Positions 62,791-64,000 of a stretch of 64,000 nt of DNA are shown here, one piece after another (the first letter of the stretch is position 1; the number at the start of each line of letters is the position of its first letter). The notes below the pieces were generated by a model that saw only the letters and a list, made by a program, of their open reading frames with translations, was not told where the DNA came from and did no database searches. Both the position numbers and the translations under genes were made by a program. The stretch covers positions 256,859-320,858 of the IMG/VR virus record IMGVR_UViG_3300041411_000080. The stretch is one strand, 5' to 3'.

Positions 62791-63224
62791 GGGCTATAAT
62801 CTAACTACTACGTGCTGGCCAGCGCAACCCCCAGCGTATGCAGAGGTATCGCAGTTGTCAGTCGCTACTACTTACCACCCACAAACGCGTATGGTTTCGT
62901 AACTTCGCTATCCACAGTGAGTACCAATCAAAGGGATAACGCTTCGGTTCGACCATTGGTGATGGTCACTATGTTCTTCACAAGACAATATCCGAATATG
63001 GGTATTGCTTCACGTATACCGAAAGTTCAGTTATGCTAGGCGGAGTTCGATCAAGGCACCCAAGTTGTTGCTTATGGTGACGGGGACCCTACTTGGGGAG
63101 ATGACCCTTGAGAACTCCTTTACTGTTAGGATCACTGCCAAAGCAATGTTCCGAAAGTTGGAGCCCGCGATCTGGGGTGTTGCCAATGGAAGGCATGATG
63201 ATCACGGGAGGAGCATTCACTCCT
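62791..63224 (-). ncRNA. unknown structured ncRNA of about 440 nt
   Basis: Long gap with no minus-strand ORF; nested stems with G.U pairs that work only on the minus strand; bounded by promoter and terminator. Confidence 0.65.
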
Positions 63225-63245
63225 ATACTATTACACTGAGAGTAT
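63224..63245 (-). promoter_or_regulatory. ATACT-N9-ATAGTATA promoter-like element
   Basis: Same signature as the tRNA-cluster promoter. Confidence 0.55.
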
Positions 63246-63632
63246 TTATTTATTCAACAACTCATTGTATCGTTTGAGTCGAGCACGGGCACGTTGCAAG
63301 ACACCGAAGAGAAACCACTCTACGCAAACAACCAACGCAAGGTATGCGGCGAGCAACCACTTCAACAAAATGTGGTCTTCGATCCTTGGAACAATCATGA
63401 TCTTAATCAGATCAGGAAAGATGTTTGGTGGGATACAGACAGCGACGTAGAACATATACGTGATCACCATAAAGATGAACAACATGCTCGCCCAGCGTTT
63501 AGCTTCAAGCTTTACCGTTTCCCACTTACTCAAGTCTTTTGTGGTCTGCAAGGTTAATCTCCAACCATTCAAAGGATTCAACATTCTTAGCTTCTTCGAT
63601 TTTAAGCTTGACCTTGGTAGTCCGACCTTCAT
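63246..63632 (-). CDS. two-TM membrane protein (start uncertain)
   Basis: Two hydrophobic helices; the annotated start overlaps the upstream gene by over 100 nt, so the true start is probably later. Confidence 0.55.
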   Translation of the reverse strand: MKVGLPRSSLKSKKLRMLNPLNGWRLTLQTTKDLSKWETVKLEAKRWASMLFIFMVITYMFYVAVCIPPNIFPDLIKIMIVPRIEDHILLKWLLAAYLALVVCVEWFLFGVLQRARARLKRYNELLNK

Positions 63633-63912
63633 GGTTAACTTGGCTAGTGCGACACCCTACACCGATGGCAAACTTCTTCACAGTTTCATGAATCAGATCA
63701 TGCACTGGATTCCGTTCACCTTCAGCTTTGGGTTTCGACTCAACTTCGTTCCACAACACGATTACAGAGAAGTCTTCCGTCCCCTCGTATTCAACTGGTT
63801 GGTTAACCAAGGACAAGGTGAAATGCTCAAGGTCCTTACTAGCGAACCTTGAGTTGTTTCCGAGCGTATGCCAGTTACGTACTAGGTCGATAATAAGGAT
63901 CTGAGAGTTCAT
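63526..63912 (-). CDS. hypothetical protein
   Basis: 128 aa; GAGG SD. Confidence 0.7.
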   Translation of the reverse strand: MNSQILIIDLVRNWHTLGNNSRFASKDLEHFTLSLVNQPVEYEGTEDFSVIVLWNEVESKPKAEGERNPVHDLIHETVKKFAIGVGCRTSQVNHEGRTTKVKLKIEEAKNVESFEWLEINLADHKRLE

Positions 63913-64000
63913 GCTTAGCCTCGTTTGCTACGATTGCGTGGGACCGTTTGGATTTCGCTGAACCGGATGGACAGATCAGCACCGAAGGTATCAGGGAACA

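Noticed and set aside
62812-63277. + strand ORFs 62812..63039 and 63005..63277 as protein genes
   Set aside because: Non-ATG starts, no convincing SD, opposite to the local gene direction; the promoter, terminator and G.U-containing stems all point to a minus-strand RNA.

Overview
This window is a segment of a phiKZ-like (Chimalliviridae-type, nucleus-forming) jumbo bacteriophage, probably infecting Pseudomonas. The assignment rests on a PhuZ tubulin, the phiKZ-type tail tube/tail sheath/structural block, a large terminase, DHFR, class Ia NrdA/NrdB, S-x-E-processed head proteins, TATATTAC early promoters and many stem-loop terminators. Conserved genes alternate with minus-strand islands of small early accessory genes. 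The most unusual content is non-coding. Four ORF-free units (45.0 kb, 53.0-54.0 kb, 56.2-56.5 kb and 62.8-63.2 kb) share one promoter-like signature, ATACT-N8/9-ATAGTAT, and each ends at a terminator. They contain three tRNAs (Tyr, Asn, Trp), a circularly permuted anticodon-less tRNA mimic with YrlA/Y-RNA-like topology, a candidate sRNA complementary to the nrdB translation start, and two larger structured RNAs of about 260 and 440 nt that I do not recognise. Also notable are an RlmN-like radical SAM enzyme lacking the resolving cysteine, a family of otherwise unrelated small proteins sharing an N-terminal [IV]SKGK motif, and a KTSC-containing multi-module head protein. All protein assignments come from motifs, recalled family knowledge and synteny; no searches were run.
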